Source: a virus. From it: DNA of 64,000 bases. Of this stretch, positions 1 to 9,948 are shown piece by piece. The notes beneath the pieces were generated by a model. That model saw only the letters and a program-made list of their open reading frames with translations. It was not told where the DNA came from and made no database searches. The stretch is from IMG/VR virus record IMGVR_UViG_3300027785_002095. One strand, 5' to 3'. Numbering within the stretch: position 1 is the stretch's first letter; the number at the start of each line of letters is the position of its first letter. The position numbers were made by a program, and so were the translations under genes.

Positions 1-91
1 ATACAAGATCCAAAATTATACGACTTACCTCCTGAGAGTAGAGATTGGTATCTTAGAATGAAAAACTTAACAACATATTGAACGAACTATA

Positions 92-313
92 GTGGCTAAA
101 GAAGAAAGTTTTATGATGAAGGGCCGTATCACCGAGGCCCTACCAAATGCGTTATTTAAGGTGGGCCTAGAATCAGGAATTGAAGTACTTGGGTTCTTAT
201 CGGGAAAGATGAGAATGCACCGGATTACTATTATTCCCGGTGATGCAGTAGACATTGAAATGAGTCCTTACGATTTATCCAAGGGCCGTATCATGTTTAG
301 ACATAAAGGATAA
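92..313 (+). CDS. infA: translation initiation factor IF-1 (GTG start)
   Basis: 73 aa; MAKEESFMMKGRITEALPNALFKVGLESGIEVLGFLSGKMR...LSPYDLSKGRIMFR is colinear with E. coli IF-1 ([30 protein letters not shown]...TPYDLSKGRIVFR); S1-like OB fold. Confidence 0.85.
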   Translation: MAKEESFMMKGRITEALPNALFKVGLESGIEVLGFLSGKMRMHRITIIPGDAVDIEMSPYDLSKGRIMFRHKG

Positions 314-321
314 AACACAGT

Positions 322-855
322 ATGTGGATACTGAACTGGTTGCCCGATTTTGTATTTCACCTAATCTTAATTGCAGGTGTGCTGGCCATCTTAGCAGGCT
401 GGGCACTACGCATGGTTCCAGTAGTGGCAAAATATTCATTGCCAATTCAAGTTGCGGGCGTGTTGCTTACGGTACTGGGAGTATGGTATGAAGGTGGTAT
501 CGCCAAAGATGCAGAATGGAAGGCTCGTGTTGCTGAACTTGAAACTCAAGTAGCACAAGCAGAAGCAAAATCTGCAAAAGTAAACACCCAAATTGTTACC
601 AAGGTTGTTACAAAGACTCAAGTCATCCGACAAAAAGGCGATGATGTTGTTCGTTATATCGATCGTGAAATTACCAAATACGATGCAGAGTGTAAGATTC
701 CGCAAGTGGCTATTCGAGCACACGATGCAAGTGCATTGAACAAATCAATCGAAGAAGTAATATTAACACCTGCCAGCGTTATTAACACTACAGATCACAA
801 TGCACTGACTACACCTAAAGCGAAGAAATCATGGCGAGACTTTACTCCAAAATAA
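322..855 (+). CDS. membrane protein with two N-terminal TM segments and a coiled-coil periplasmic region; possible i-spanin
   Basis: hydrophobic segments FVFHLILIAGVLAILAGWAL and LPIQVAGVLLTVLGVWY followed by AEWKARVAELETQVAQAEAKSAKV coiled coil; 3' end overlaps a lipoprotein gene. Confidence 0.4.
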   Translation: MWILNWLPDFVFHLILIAGVLAILAGWALRMVPVVAKYSLPIQVAGVLLTVLGVWYEGGIAKDAEWKARVAELETQVAQAEAKSAKVNTQIVTKVVTKTQVIRQKGDDVVRYIDREITKYDAECKIPQVAIRAHDASALNKSIEEVILTPASVINTTDHNALTTPKAKKSWRDFTPK

Positions 856-1115
856 TCATATTATCATTGTTAAGCGTTATGCTTGTGGGCTGTAGCACCA
901 CTGTGCCCGTCAAGCGTACATTTCCCGATGTTCCTGCTGCCTTGCTAAAAGAGTGTGGCACACTCAATACCATCAACAAGCCCGAAGTAAAACTGTCAGA
1001 ATTGATAGATACGGTGGCCAAAAACTATGGTAAGTATCACGAATGTGCCGCAGTCAATGAGGCTTGGCAAGAGTGGTATTTGGAACAGAAAAAAGTTTTC
1101 GACGAACTCAAATAA
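831..1115 (+). CDS. small lipoprotein, possible o-spanin
   Basis: signal peptide with lipobox LSVMLVGC; overlaps the last 25 nt of the upstream membrane-protein gene out of frame (classic Rz/Rz1-like arrangement); contains Cys residues. Confidence 0.45.
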   Translation: MARLYSKIIILSLLSVMLVGCSTTVPVKRTFPDVPAALLKECGTLNTINKPEVKLSELIDTVAKNYGKYHECAAVNEAWQEWYLEQKKVFDELK

Positions 1116-1133
1116 CAGCGCAATGCTGTAAGC

Positions 1134-1934
1134 ATGGATTACTATAAAATACTAGGTGTGCCACGCGGCGCAACAGAAGATGAAATCAAAAAGGCTTATC
1201 GCAAACTTGCGATGACGCATCATCCCGATCGCGGCGGCGACGAAGAAGCATTTAAAAAAATTAAAGAAGCGTATGAAAAACTCACCAGTTCCGATTCTTA
1301 CGCACAATCGGATCAGCCCAGCGGGTTTCAAGACTTACATGAAATGTTTAACATGGGTCGGCGTGCTGGCGGCCGCAATTGGTCATTTGGTGAAGGATGG
1401 TCAGATGAACTTAGGAATCCCGATATCAGTATCAGTGTTCCGTGCTCGCTAGAAGAAGCGCACACTGGCTTTACTAAAGAAGTTGAATTTACGCTGCCGT
1501 CGGGTCAAACAAAAAGACTAAGTGTATCGTTTCCACCTGGCACGACCAAAGATATAAAAATACGGTACTCAGGCGAAGGTGGCACTTTGATGCCTAACAA
1601 CCCACCTGGTGACCTGTATGTCAGGGCCAGCATCGAATCTCATCCTGTTTGGCGTGTAGATGGTAATGACTTATTTGCTGTGTTAGAAATAACTGTTTGG
1701 CAAGCCATGTTAGGTACCACTGTGGAATTTGATGAAATTGGTGGCAGTCGTATGCAAATCACTATCCCTGCAGGAACACAATCTAGATCCCAACTACGGC
1801 TCAAAAGTAAAGGTATGAACATACGTGGATCAACTATCAGAGGCAATGCGTTTTTAGAAGTGGTGGTAAAAATTCCAACTCTTACCGAAGAAGATAAGAC
1901 CAAAACAATCATTGACTTACAAGATAAAATATAG
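1134..1934 (+). CDS. DnaJ-domain co-chaperone (J domain plus DnaJ C-terminal-like domain, no Zn finger)
   Basis: N-terminal [32 protein letters not shown] with HPD motif. Confidence 0.8.
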   Translation: MDYYKILGVPRGATEDEIKKAYRKLAMTHHPDRGGDEEAFKKIKEAYEKLTSSDSYAQSDQPSGFQDLHEMFNMGRRAGGRNWSFGEGWSDELRNPDISISVPCSLEEAHTGFTKEVEFTLPSGQTKRLSVSFPPGTTKDIKIRYSGEGGTLMPNNPPGDLYVRASIESHPVWRVDGNDLFAVLEITVWQAMLGTTVEFDEIGGSRMQITIPAGTQSRSQLRLKSKGMNIRGSTIRGNAFLEVVVKIPTLTEEDKTKTIIDLQDKI

Positions 1935-1946
1935 TAAAATAACAAC

Positions 1947-2441
1947 ATGTTAGAATTTGTACACGAAACCCATCCAATATTATCAACACAATTACCAACC
2001 GTTGATCCTGCAATCAATGTAGAACATTTAAGCAAAGAAATGTTTATGATCATGTGGCTCAATGGAGGCATTGGGCTTGCTGCACCTCAAGTAGGTATGG
2101 CTGTTCGCATGTTTGTTATGGGCCCACAAAAAGGTCCTAACTATGTTTGCATCAATCCAGAAATTGTTGAGATTTCCAAAGAACAAGAAACTGCCACAGA
2201 AGGATGTTTATCGTACCCTGCTCTCTGGTTAAATATCAAGAGACCAACATGGGTACATGCTCGTTATACAACACTCAGCGGCGAAACGGTAGAACAAAAG
2301 TTTGACGGATTGCTTGCAAGATGTTATATTCATGAGCTAGAACATTTAGATGGAATTACATTTACAAAGTATAGTTCGGTGTTAGGTTTAAAACTTGCGC
2401 GAGCTCGTCAGCAAAAGAAATTACGTAAAATTAAAGGGTAA
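1947..2441 (+). CDS. def: peptide deformylase
   Basis: three PDF motifs GIGLAAPQVG, EGCLS and HELEHLDG in order. Confidence 0.85.
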   Translation: MLEFVHETHPILSTQLPTVDPAINVEHLSKEMFMIMWLNGGIGLAAPQVGMAVRMFVMGPQKGPNYVCINPEIVEISKEQETATEGCLSYPALWLNIKRPTWVHARYTTLSGETVEQKFDGLLARCYIHELEHLDGITFTKYSSVLGLKLARARQQKKLRKIKG

Positions 2442-2442
2442 T

Positions 2443-4656
2443 ATGAGTCAAGAAAACGAAAACAACGGAAAGATCAATGAGGTTATTGCTCGTGCTTTCC
2501 AGGAAGCTCTAAACCGCGAACATGAATATGTAACGCTAGAACACATTTTGCGTGTTATGTTAGACGACGACGAAATTCGAGATGTACTAACAGAGCTGCA
2601 GATTAATGTACCTGATCTGCGTGATGAAATTGATGCATGGTTGCGTGAGCAAGAAGACATCCGTGTTGAAGGTGTCACAAAGCCACGCAAAACAGCAACA
2701 CTAGAACGTTGTTTTAATCGTGCGTACACACAGGCCATCTTCACTGGTCGAGGACACATGGAGCCAATTGACTTGCTGATCAGCATTGCCGCAGAGAAGA
2801 ACAGCTATGCCAATTTCTTCCTGGCCAAGAATGGTGTTACCAAAGAAGTTATCATTGCTTATGTTTCCAAATTAAAAGATGGTGGCAGCAAAGAAAGCAA
2901 AGTTGCCAAGAAGCGCGATGGTGAAAAAGTACTTTCTAAGTACACTACCAACTTAAACAAGGAAGCTGAAAAGTCTGCAATCGATCCGCTAATTGGTCGT
3001 GAGAAAGAAGTGTTCCGTCTTGCACAAACACTTACTCGTAAGAAGAAGAACAATGCTATCATGGTAGGCGAACCTGGCGTGGGTAAAACTGCTATTGTAG
3101 AAGGCCTTGCTGTTGCTATTGTGCGTAACGAAGTGCCAGCAGTGCTTAAAGGCAAAACCATTTACAGCTTAGAGCTTGGTAAACTAATGGCAGGTACTCG
3201 CTATCGCGGCGACTTTGAAGAACGCATGCAGCATGTGTTAGAAGCTCTTGAAGAACGTGATGACATTATCTTGTTCATCGACGAAATCCACATGATCATG
3301 GGCGCAGGCAATACTGGCAGTGGTAGCATGGACGTTGCTAACTTGTTAAAGCCAGCCTTGGAAAAGGGCAAGCTACGTTGTATTGGTAGTACAACTTACG
3401 AAGAGTTCCGTGCTCACTTTGAAAAAGATCGTGCGTTGTTGCGCCGCTTTACCAAAGTTGACATTAATGAACCCAGCGTAGAAGAAACTAAAATTATGTT
3501 ACGCCGTGTTGCTCCGGTGTACGCAAAACACCATAGTCTTGCCATTGGCGAAGAAGCAATTGATCTTGCTATTGACTTGTCAATGAAGTATATGTTGGAC
3601 AAGAAGCTGCCAGACAAAGCAATTGACATTATCGATGCAGCTATGGCTCGTATGCGAGTGTTAAATGCAGATAGTAAAGAAGTGACAAAAGACAACATTC
3701 GTCAAGAGATCAGCGATTTAACTCGTGTGCCAATCGAACAGTTAGGCGAGCAAAAAGGCATTGCTGTTACAGAACTTGAAAGCCGTATGCGTACAAACGT
3801 GTTTGGTCAAGACGATGCAATTGAACGCTTAATGAACATGGTGTATATTGCCAAGTCAGGTCTTAAGGAAGTAAACCGTCCAATGGCTAACTTCTTGTTT
3901 GTTGGTCCAACCGGTACAGGTAAAACAGAACTTGCTAACCAACTTGCAGAAGGACTGGGTATGGAAGTTGTTCGCTTTGATATGAGCGAATACCGAGAGT
4001 CGCACAAGATTGCATCGTTGATTGGTAGCCCTCCAGGTTACGTTGGTTACGGCGAAGGCAAAGCCGGTTCTGGTAAGTTGATTAACGAACTTGAACGTGT
4101 TCCTAACTGTGTGTTGCTGTTTGACGAAATTGAAAAAGCCCACCCGGACGTTATCCAGATTCTGCTGGGCTTGATGGACAATGGTATCATTACCGGTAGT
4201 GACAATAAACAAGCAAGTGGCCGCAATGCATTTATTATCTTAACTTCAAACTTAGGAGCAGTTGATAGTGAAAAGCAAGTGATTGGTTTTGGTGATGGAT
4301 TCAACACCAGCGCCAGCGACGAAGCAGTAAAACGCTTCTTTAGTCCAGAATTCCGAAACCGCTTAGATGCAGTTGTCAAGTTCAATCGCTTGCACAAAGA
4401 TGTTATTCGACGTGTTGCCAACAAGTTTATCAATCAAATCCGTGAACAGTTGACTGCACAGAATCAAACTATCACAATTGATGACTCTGCGCTGGACTAC
4501 TTGGCAGCAAATGGTTACAGTGAAACAATGGGTGCAAGACCAATGAAGCGATTGATTAACGAAGAAATTCGTTTACCAGTTGCCAAGCGTATCATCAAAG
4601 ATGGTATCAATGTTCACCATGTTAGTAGCGACGGTGAGAAGTTGGTTATCTCGTAA
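2443..4656 (+). CDS. clpA: ATP-dependent Clp protease ATP-binding subunit ClpA-like (double AAA+)
   Basis: ClpA N-domain (MSQENENNGKINEVIARAF...), Walker A GEPGVGKTAIVEGLA in D1 and GPTGTGKTELA in D2, no long ClpB middle domain; probable ATG at 2443 right after the def stop (track ORF begins at 2395). Confidence 0.85.
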   Translation: MSQENENNGKINEVIARAFQEALNREHEYVTLEHILRVMLDDDEIRDVLTELQINVPDLRDEIDAWLREQEDIRVEGVTKPRKTATLERCFNRAYTQAIFTGRGHMEPIDLLISIAAEKNSYANFFLAKNGVTKEVIIAYVSKLKDGGSKESKVAKKRDGEKVLSKYTTNLNKEAEKSAIDPLIGREKEVFRLAQTLTRKKKNNAIMVGEPGVGKTAIVEGLAVAIVRNEVPAVLKGKTIYSLELGKLMAGTRYRGDFEERMQHVLEALEERDDIILFIDEIHMIMGAGNTGSGSMDVANLLKPALEKGKLRCIGSTTYEEFRAHFEKDRALLRRFTKVDINEPSVEETKIMLRRVAPVYAKHHSLAIGEEAIDLAIDLSMKYMLDKKLPDKAIDIIDAAMARMRVLNADSKEVTKDNIRQEISDLTRVPIEQLGEQKGIAVTELESRMRTNVFGQDDAIERLMNMVYIAKSGLKEVNRPMANFLFVGPTGTGKTELANQLAEGLGMEVVRFDMSEYRESHKIASLIGSPPGYVGYGEGKAGSGKLINELERVPNCVLLFDEIEKAHPDVIQILLGLMDNGIITGSDNKQASGRNAFIILTSNLGAVDSEKQVIGFGDGFNTSASDEAVKRFFSPEFRNRLDAVVKFNRLHKDVIRRVANKFINQIREQLTAQNQTITIDDSALDYLAANGYSETMGARPMKRLINEEIRLPVAKRIIKDGINVHHVSSDGEKLVIS

Positions 4657-5306
4657 TGAAAGAACATAGCACTCAAAAGCTATTTTGGAAGAAGTGGCCG
4701 TTTAAAGCGATTATTAAAATCGCTGCGGGCCGCACCAGCTTTGGCGGTATGACACATGCTGGCATGCACTCTGGGTACTCATATACTCGTAGAAACAATG
4801 TTGAACGGGTGGAAGAGTTTGCAAGACTAAAAGAGTGGTTTAAAAATCATATCCCCGATGCTGGTATCCGCTGCGAAAGTAATTTAAGTGTATTCTTGTC
4901 CACTGCTGACGAACTTGCTGAAGTAATTGACGCTTTTGGAATCAAAGTAATTGAAATTTGGAAGCCAGAATCTGATGCTGCCAAAGAACTGTTAGTTGAA
5001 CATGAATATGATGTTGTACGTGACAGGCTCTGGTATGGCAAGTATCCTATCAGGGCAAGAATTCCCTACAGTGCAGAATTTAGAACTGCACACTTACAAT
5101 CGTTCCGCGAAGCAGTACTATCGCTTGGCAGCGAGTGTTGGCATGCAGCCGGCCACTTAAAAGACATTATTGTTAATTCTAAAGTAGACCGTTACGGATG
5201 GGGGCAACCACTACACTTGTATCTTGCCACAGCCGAAGATGCAGCCATGTTGCGATTACAATGCGGCGACTATATTGAACGATTTGAGCGTGTAAGAAAG
5301 CCTTAA
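4656..5306 (+). CDS. hypothetical protein
   Basis: 216-aa ORF, start overlaps clpA stop (ATGA); no recognisable motif. Confidence 0.5.
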   Translation: MKEHSTQKLFWKKWPFKAIIKIAAGRTSFGGMTHAGMHSGYSYTRRNNVERVEEFARLKEWFKNHIPDAGIRCESNLSVFLSTADELAEVIDAFGIKVIEIWKPESDAAKELLVEHEYDVVRDRLWYGKYPIRARIPYSAEFRTAHLQSFREAVLSLGSECWHAAGHLKDIIVNSKVDRYGWGQPLHLYLATAEDAAMLRLQCGDYIERFERVRKP

Positions 5307-5322
5307 AATCCAAAGCCCAATT

Positions 5323-5355
5323 AAAGCCTCCCAAGCTAAATACTTCGGAGGCTTT
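5323..5355 (+). promoter_or_regulatory. 9-bp perfect-stem hairpin AAAGCCTCC-N15-GGAGGCTTT whose 3' arm is the Shine-Dalgarno of the following small ORF
   Basis: inverted repeat read directly; GGAGGC lies 6 nt before the ATG at 5359. Confidence 0.4.
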
Positions 5356-5358
5356 AAA

Positions 5359-5523
5359 ATGGCAAAAATACACGAAGAATTAATCGTAATCAAACTAAGC
5401 AAACTGCACAAAGAATCCCAGAATGTTGGTACTCTTGCTAGCGAAGAAACAGTCGCTAACCTAGAAGCAATTGTACAGCAACTTGTTGGTGAAGATGTAG
5501 TTGTTGAAGTAATCAAGGAATAA
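5359..5523 (+). CDS. small hypothetical protein (54 aa)
   Basis: ATG preceded by GGAGG; MAKIHEELIVIKLSKLHKESQNVGTLASEETVANLEAIVQQLVGEDVVVEVIKE; below the ORF-track length cut-off. Confidence 0.35.
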   Translation: MAKIHEELIVIKLSKLHKESQNVGTLASEETVANLEAIVQQLVGEDVVVEVIKE

Positions 5524-5527
5524 TAGC

Positions 5528-5893
5528 ATGAGTATGCGTAACTCAAACATGTTGGTGGCTGACGGTCAATTAGATCAGACTGGGACAGCTACTCGTGCTG
5601 ACGGATATTACGGTTTTGCAGATGGCTTGCAAACTGTTGGTTTTTATTTAAAAAACTTTACTGGAAGACTCTATGTAGATGCTTCCATTAGCGATAACCC
5701 AGGAGATAACGATTGGTTTCCAATTGCGTTGGGTAATACAGATTTTGTTGATTTTGAAACTGCACAGACGGGCATTGAAACATTTAACATTGTTGGTAAT
5801 TTTGTGTATTTGCGAGCAAAGATTCGCAGAAGTTATTTAGGAAGACCAGTAAGCGATTTAGGCACTTGTGAACGAGTTGTACTAAGTCTTTAA
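5528..5893 (+). CDS. hypothetical protein, possibly structural
   Basis: 121-aa ORF tightly packed before the fibre genes. Confidence 0.45.
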   Translation: MSMRNSNMLVADGQLDQTGTATRADGYYGFADGLQTVGFYLKNFTGRLYVDASISDNPGDNDWFPIALGNTDFVDFETAQTGIETFNIVGNFVYLRAKIRRSYLGRPVSDLGTCERVVLSL

Positions 5894-5902
5894 GGAAATA
5901 AT

Positions 5903-7954
5903 ATGGGAATCAGAGCAAGTTCAGGCGGACAATTTAACAGTGGTGGCAGTGGATCTGGTGGTCCAGGTACTACACTGACTGTTGAGCAGGTACAGGACAT
6001 TTTGTCCGAAGCATTGTTGCCGGCAACTACAGTAGAAGGCTTATCACTTACATCAGTGTATGACGAAGTAACAGGTAAGATCACACTATCGCTAGGCACA
6101 CCACCAAGCGCACCAATCACAAACGTTGTTCCTGCCAGTATTGATGTTAAAAAACTTGGTGTGCCAGTTGGCGCTGCAAAGACCCTTAACTTTGCCGGTT
6201 CCGGTCTCGGTGCAGTAACCGTTGCTGATGGCGTAGTTACTATCAATGTGATTGGTGGTGATGGTACTGGTACTGGTAGCGGTGTTGGTATATCTGGTGC
6301 AGTTATTAACGCAAGTGGCAATTTGGTAATTGCGTTAACTGACGGATCTGTTATTGACACAGGCCGTGTTGTTGGTACAAATGGCGCACAAGGTGCCGCA
6401 GGCACAAATGGCGTTAGTGTTTCAACTGCTACTGTTAACCAATCTGGTCAACTTATTATTACAATGTCAACTGGTCAGCAAATCAATGCTGGTACTGTAG
6501 TTGGCGCACAAGGACCATTTGGTCCACAAGGTGCAGTAGGTCCGCAGGGCCAAGTTGGTGCTACAGGTGCAACTGGTGTAGCGGGTCCACAGGGTGTTCA
6601 AGGCCCAGCTGGTCGTAGTGTTGCCAGTAATGGAGCAACAATTGACTCCAATGGCAACTTACAAATTACACTGAGTGACGGTACAATTTTAAATGCAGGT
6701 CGTGCTGTTGGTGCGCAAGGCGCACAAGGTGTAGCAGGGCCAGTAGGTCCACAGGGCTTACAAGGATTAGCAGGGGCAACTGGCGCACAGGGTGCAGCTG
6801 GATCAAAAGGTGATACAGGCGCTGATAGTACTGTTCCTGGTCCAGCTGGTTTAACAGGTCCAGCAGGTGCAGTTGGTCCACAGGGACCAGCAGGAGCAGA
6901 TAGTACTGTTCAAGGCCCACAGGGTGTAGCTGGTCCACAAGGCATTCAGGGTGTAGCTGGTCCAATTGGCCCACAAGGTTTACCAGGTGTTGCAGGACCT
7001 GCAGGTACAAGTTACAGCATCAATGGCATTGCTGACGAAGTGCAAGTGTACGGTTTAAGTTCTACTACACAACCTGGTTACGATTTAGAAGTCGACGTTG
7101 CTAACCGTGCAAACAAATTAACAACTGCCCGCAATATTACTTTAAGTGGTAAAGTAACTGGCTTAACAAGTTTTGACGGCAGTGGTAATGTTAACATGAT
7201 AACTTCTTTAAGCGGTGTAACAACCAGCGATGTAGCAGAAGGCACAAACAAGTATTTCACTGATGCCAAGGCACGTGCCGCATTAAGTGCAAGTACAGGT
7301 CTTAGCTACAACAGTGCGACTGGTGTTATGGCATTAAACGCCAACAGTGATCAAATCACTGAAGGTTCCAACAACTTATACTTTACCAACAACAGATTTG
7401 ATAATCGTCTTGGTCAAAGTACATTGGCACAGTTTTCCGACGTTGCCAACACTAGCCCAACAACAGGTCAATCACTTGTATGGAACGGCAGTGCATGGGC
7501 TCCAAGCACTGTAAGCGGTGGTGGTTCTGGTGGTACAGGCGTAGGCGGTTCAGGTGTATTCAAAGCAACAGCACAAATTGAATATGATGCAAACGGTAAC
7601 CTTACCAACGTGAGTATTCTTAACGGTGGCATTAGTGCAGTTGTTACGACTGCTACAAGTACTACTGCCACAGTAACATTCACATTTACAGGCAGCACAT
7701 GCACACCACTTGGTATTCAAGTGTATGGTTATCAACGTGCTAACAACGTGTATGTTACTCGTGCGTTGGCCAGTGACTTCCCTACAAGAACTATTGCTGC
7801 TGGTGGAGCAAGCGGAGCCCCTGCTGCATTCAATGCGTTTGATGCAAGTACAAACACCATGACTATCAGCTTGACAAAGGCTGTTACAGGTGCTAATGCT
7901 GCAATTGGTCAGACAACACATTGCGTATTGCAATTCTTACTAAGCTCTATCTAA
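5903..7954 (+). CDS. tail fibre-like protein with collagen-like Gly-X-Y repeats
   Basis: aa ~155-370 hold runs such as GPQGAVGPQGQVGATGATGVAGPQGVQGPAG alternating with three beta-rich modules (ISGAVINASGNLVIALTDGSVIDTGRVV / VSTATVNQSGQLIITMSTGQQINAGTVV / SNGATIDSNGNLQITLSDGTILNAGRAV); EGTNKYFTDAKARAAL and EGSNNLYFTNNRFDNRLG motifs. Confidence 0.7.
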   Translation: MGIRASSGGQFNSGGSGSGGPGTTLTVEQVQDILSEALLPATTVEGLSLTSVYDEVTGKITLSLGTPPSAPITNVVPASIDVKKLGVPVGAAKTLNFAGSGLGAVTVADGVVTINVIGGDGTGTGSGVGISGAVINASGNLVIALTDGSVIDTGRVVGTNGAQGAAGTNGVSVSTATVNQSGQLIITMSTGQQINAGTVVGAQGPFGPQGAVGPQGQVGATGATGVAGPQGVQGPAGRSVASNGATIDSNGNLQITLSDGTILNAGRAVGAQGAQGVAGPVGPQGLQGLAGATGAQGAAGSKGDTGADSTVPGPAGLTGPAGAVGPQGPAGADSTVQGPQGVAGPQGIQGVAGPIGPQGLPGVAGPAGTSYSINGIADEVQVYGLSSTTQPGYDLEVDVANRANKLTTARNITLSGKVTGLTSFDGSGNVNMITSLSGVTTSDVAEGTNKYFTDAKARAALSASTGLSYNSATGVMALNANSDQITEGSNNLYFTNNRFDNRLGQSTLAQFSDVANTSPTTGQSLVWNGSAWAPSTVSGGGSGGTGVGGSGVFKATAQIEYDANGNLTNVSILNGGISAVVTTATSTTATVTFTFTGSTCTPLGIQVYGYQRANNVYVTRALASDFPTRTIAAGGASGAPAAFNAFDASTNTMTISLTKAVTGANAAIGQTTHCVLQFLLSSI

Positions 7955-9948
7955 GGACAACAATGACAATTCACGCATGGAAAACTAACTTTATCGGCTT
8001 AAACAAACCTGCAAAAGTAATGTCAGGAGTTGCTGATTCATTTGTTGGCGTAGACTTATGGCCGCATGCAAACGGAGTTGATGATCCGTATTGGTCGGGC
8101 GGCGCCAACCCACAATACTATCGCTGGAGAGTCACATTCACAGTTAATGAACGCTTACACGGTAGCCATTTAACTCGCACCCCGTTTCGCTTTGATGCGC
8201 AAGATATTGAAGTAGGTGACTTTGTTGGGGGCGCACAAGATGGCAAAGTTTGCCAAATCATGAGTGTTGAGTCCAAGACCAATAGTCAAGTGGTTGCTAT
8301 TGTAGAAGATAGATTGCGCTACAACACATTCCGCGACCCAGCAGGCTTTGGCCTGTTTACAGCACCGGGACAAGTTATCTTCTTCCAAATTAACGAACTT
8401 GGATATCCAATGTTGGATCCAGTTCCCGGTGAAGCAGCAGTTGACTTTGCCAGTAACGTGATGAGTCGTTTCCAGTATTTGAATCCGCTTATCAACTACT
8501 TGTTGGAAAAGCCAAACAACGGCTTTGAACAAGGTGATGCTATCTGTATTGAAGATGAACAGTTTGTACTAAGTGATGCCGATAACGTAAACAAGTTCAT
8601 TGGAACTGTCGTACATCCAGGGCCGGGCCCAAATCAATTTATTCTACGTCCTGCCAACGGAGTTATTGATTTTGTTCCTAACTTGCCAGGCTCAGTAGGC
8701 GACTACATTTATCCCAGCATGGATGGTTCGGGTGATTTAACAACCAATGACGCAAGCCGTCGACCTATCTACATGAAGGTGGCAGCAGCCATTACCAGTT
8801 CAACAACCGGTACCTCAGTAGATCCAACAGGCACAGATGGTGATGTTGTAGAATTTAATCGTGTGCAAATGACCCTAGGCAGCGGTGCAGGTACTTACAA
8901 CTTAGATGATGCAGTTGCCACGTTCAATGCCAATACAAATCTACATTACATAACTGCAATCAAAGTAGGTGCAGCCACTGTTGTGGAATCTGATGTTGCA
9001 GGCATTGGCAGTGCGTATGGCATTGTTGCTGGTTATAGTCCTTTTAGTGCCACTATCAATGGCGAGTTAGTGACATTTACCACAACAACAAGCGGTAGCG
9101 TTGCTTACGGCGATCCTGCAATTGCTGACGTAAATGACATGGTAATAGATATTAATCAAGCTGCTATTCCTGACATTGTTGCCAGCGTTGCCAATGGCAG
9201 TAACTTGCAATTAACAAACACTGCTGGCCAGGATATTGTTATTGTTAACGTAACGGCCGATGTTAATGGAAATAACTTTGCAGGTCCTGCATCAGTATCA
9301 AGTTTGCCATTGTTAACTGTAGCAAGCGGTACAACACATACACTAAGACTAGAACGCTTAGATGGTGGCCCAATTACAATTCGAGACATTCAGGGATCGT
9401 TCCTGAGTAGCGTAGGTGTAATGAGTGGACAAACTGGTCGCTATGCACTGGGCTTAAACATTGAACAAGGCCTGCGTTCAAGTACAACTACTGTGGTTCC
9501 AACAATAGGCGGCAGGGAAGCACTGTATGCATTAGTAGGCGATCAGGCCCATGTGCTGGATGATGGCAACGGCGAGTGGGCGTTGTTCTTGTTTGACGGC
9601 GCCGCCTGGATCAAGATTGGCGGAGAGCGCAGCGTTGCAGTTGATGCCAGAACAATAGAACAAGCAATCGCATTACCAGGGGCCACGACCACAATTGGTA
9701 CTGTCAGCGAAGATCGTCGAATCTTAAATGTAAGCGTAACAGTATTACAAGATTTAGTCAATGCACCAGACTTTGCTATCAATGTTGGTAGTAATACTGT
9801 TTGGCAATTTAGTCAACACGGTTCAAGTAAAACAGGAACATACACAGTTGATTCTGACTTGATGACTACAGTTCGTGAAGATGTAGTTGTCAACATACCA
9901 AGCAACACTGCTACTGGTAATATCAGAGTTGAGGTATCTTACATATAA
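7921..9948 (+). CDS. large tail/baseplate-associated structural protein (probable ATG at ~7963)
   Basis: 675-aa Thr/Ser/Gly/Val-rich ORF between two fibre genes; AAGGA before the Met at 7963. Confidence 0.5.
   Translation: MRIAILTKLYLRTTMTIHAWKTNFIGLNKPAKVMSGVADSFVGVDLWPHANGVDDPYWSGGANPQYYRWRVTFTVNERLHGSHLTRTPFRFDAQDIEVGDFVGGAQDGKVCQIMSVESKTNSQVVAIVEDRLRYNTFRDPAGFGLFTAPGQVIFFQINELGYPMLDPVPGEAAVDFASNVMSRFQYLNPLINYLLEKPNNGFEQGDAICIEDEQFVLSDADNVNKFIGTVVHPGPGPNQFILRPANGVIDFVPNLPGSVGDYIYPSMDGSGDLTTNDASRRPIYMKVAAAITSSTTGTSVDPTGTDGDVVEFNRVQMTLGSGAGTYNLDDAVATFNANTNLHYITAIKVGAATVVESDVAGIGSAYGIVAGYSPFSATINGELVTFTTTTSGSVAYGDPAIADVNDMVIDINQAAIPDIVASVANGSNLQLTNTAGQDIVIVNVTADVNGNNFAGPASVSSLPLLTVASGTTHTLRLERLDGGPITIRDIQGSFLSSVGVMSGQTGRYALGLNIEQGLRSSTTTVVPTIGGREALYALVGDQAHVLDDGNGEWALFLFDGAAWIKIGGERSVAVDARTIEQAIALPGATTTIGTVSEDRRILNVSVTVLQDLVNAPDFAINVGSNTVWQFSQHGSSKTGTYTVDSDLMTTVREDVVVNIPSNTATGNIRVEVSYI

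Noticed and set aside
67-255. 62-aa minus-strand ORF
   Set aside because: Lies entirely antisense to the well-supported infA gene; no RBS; an artefact of AT-rich antisense reading.
1640-4433. Several minus-strand ORFs of 94-143 aa (1640-2071, 2448-2786, 2859-3161, 3414-3698, 3856-4212, 4047-4433)
   Set aside because: All are antisense to the DnaJ, def and clpA genes, which have intact catalytic motifs; Ser/Thr-rich compositions typical of antisense frames.
6370-7010. Periodic DNA resembling a tandem repeat or CRISPR-like array
   Set aside because: The periodicity is 9 nt (Gly-X-Y codons) and sits inside one long ORF; there are no direct repeats with unique spacers, so it is protein-level collagen periodicity and not CRISPR.
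6666-7933. Minus-strand ORFs inside the collagen-like fibre gene (including a Cys-rich 127-aa frame at 7550-7933)
   Set aside because: Antisense of G-X-Y repeats gives long open frames by composition; the sense strand has the coherent protein.
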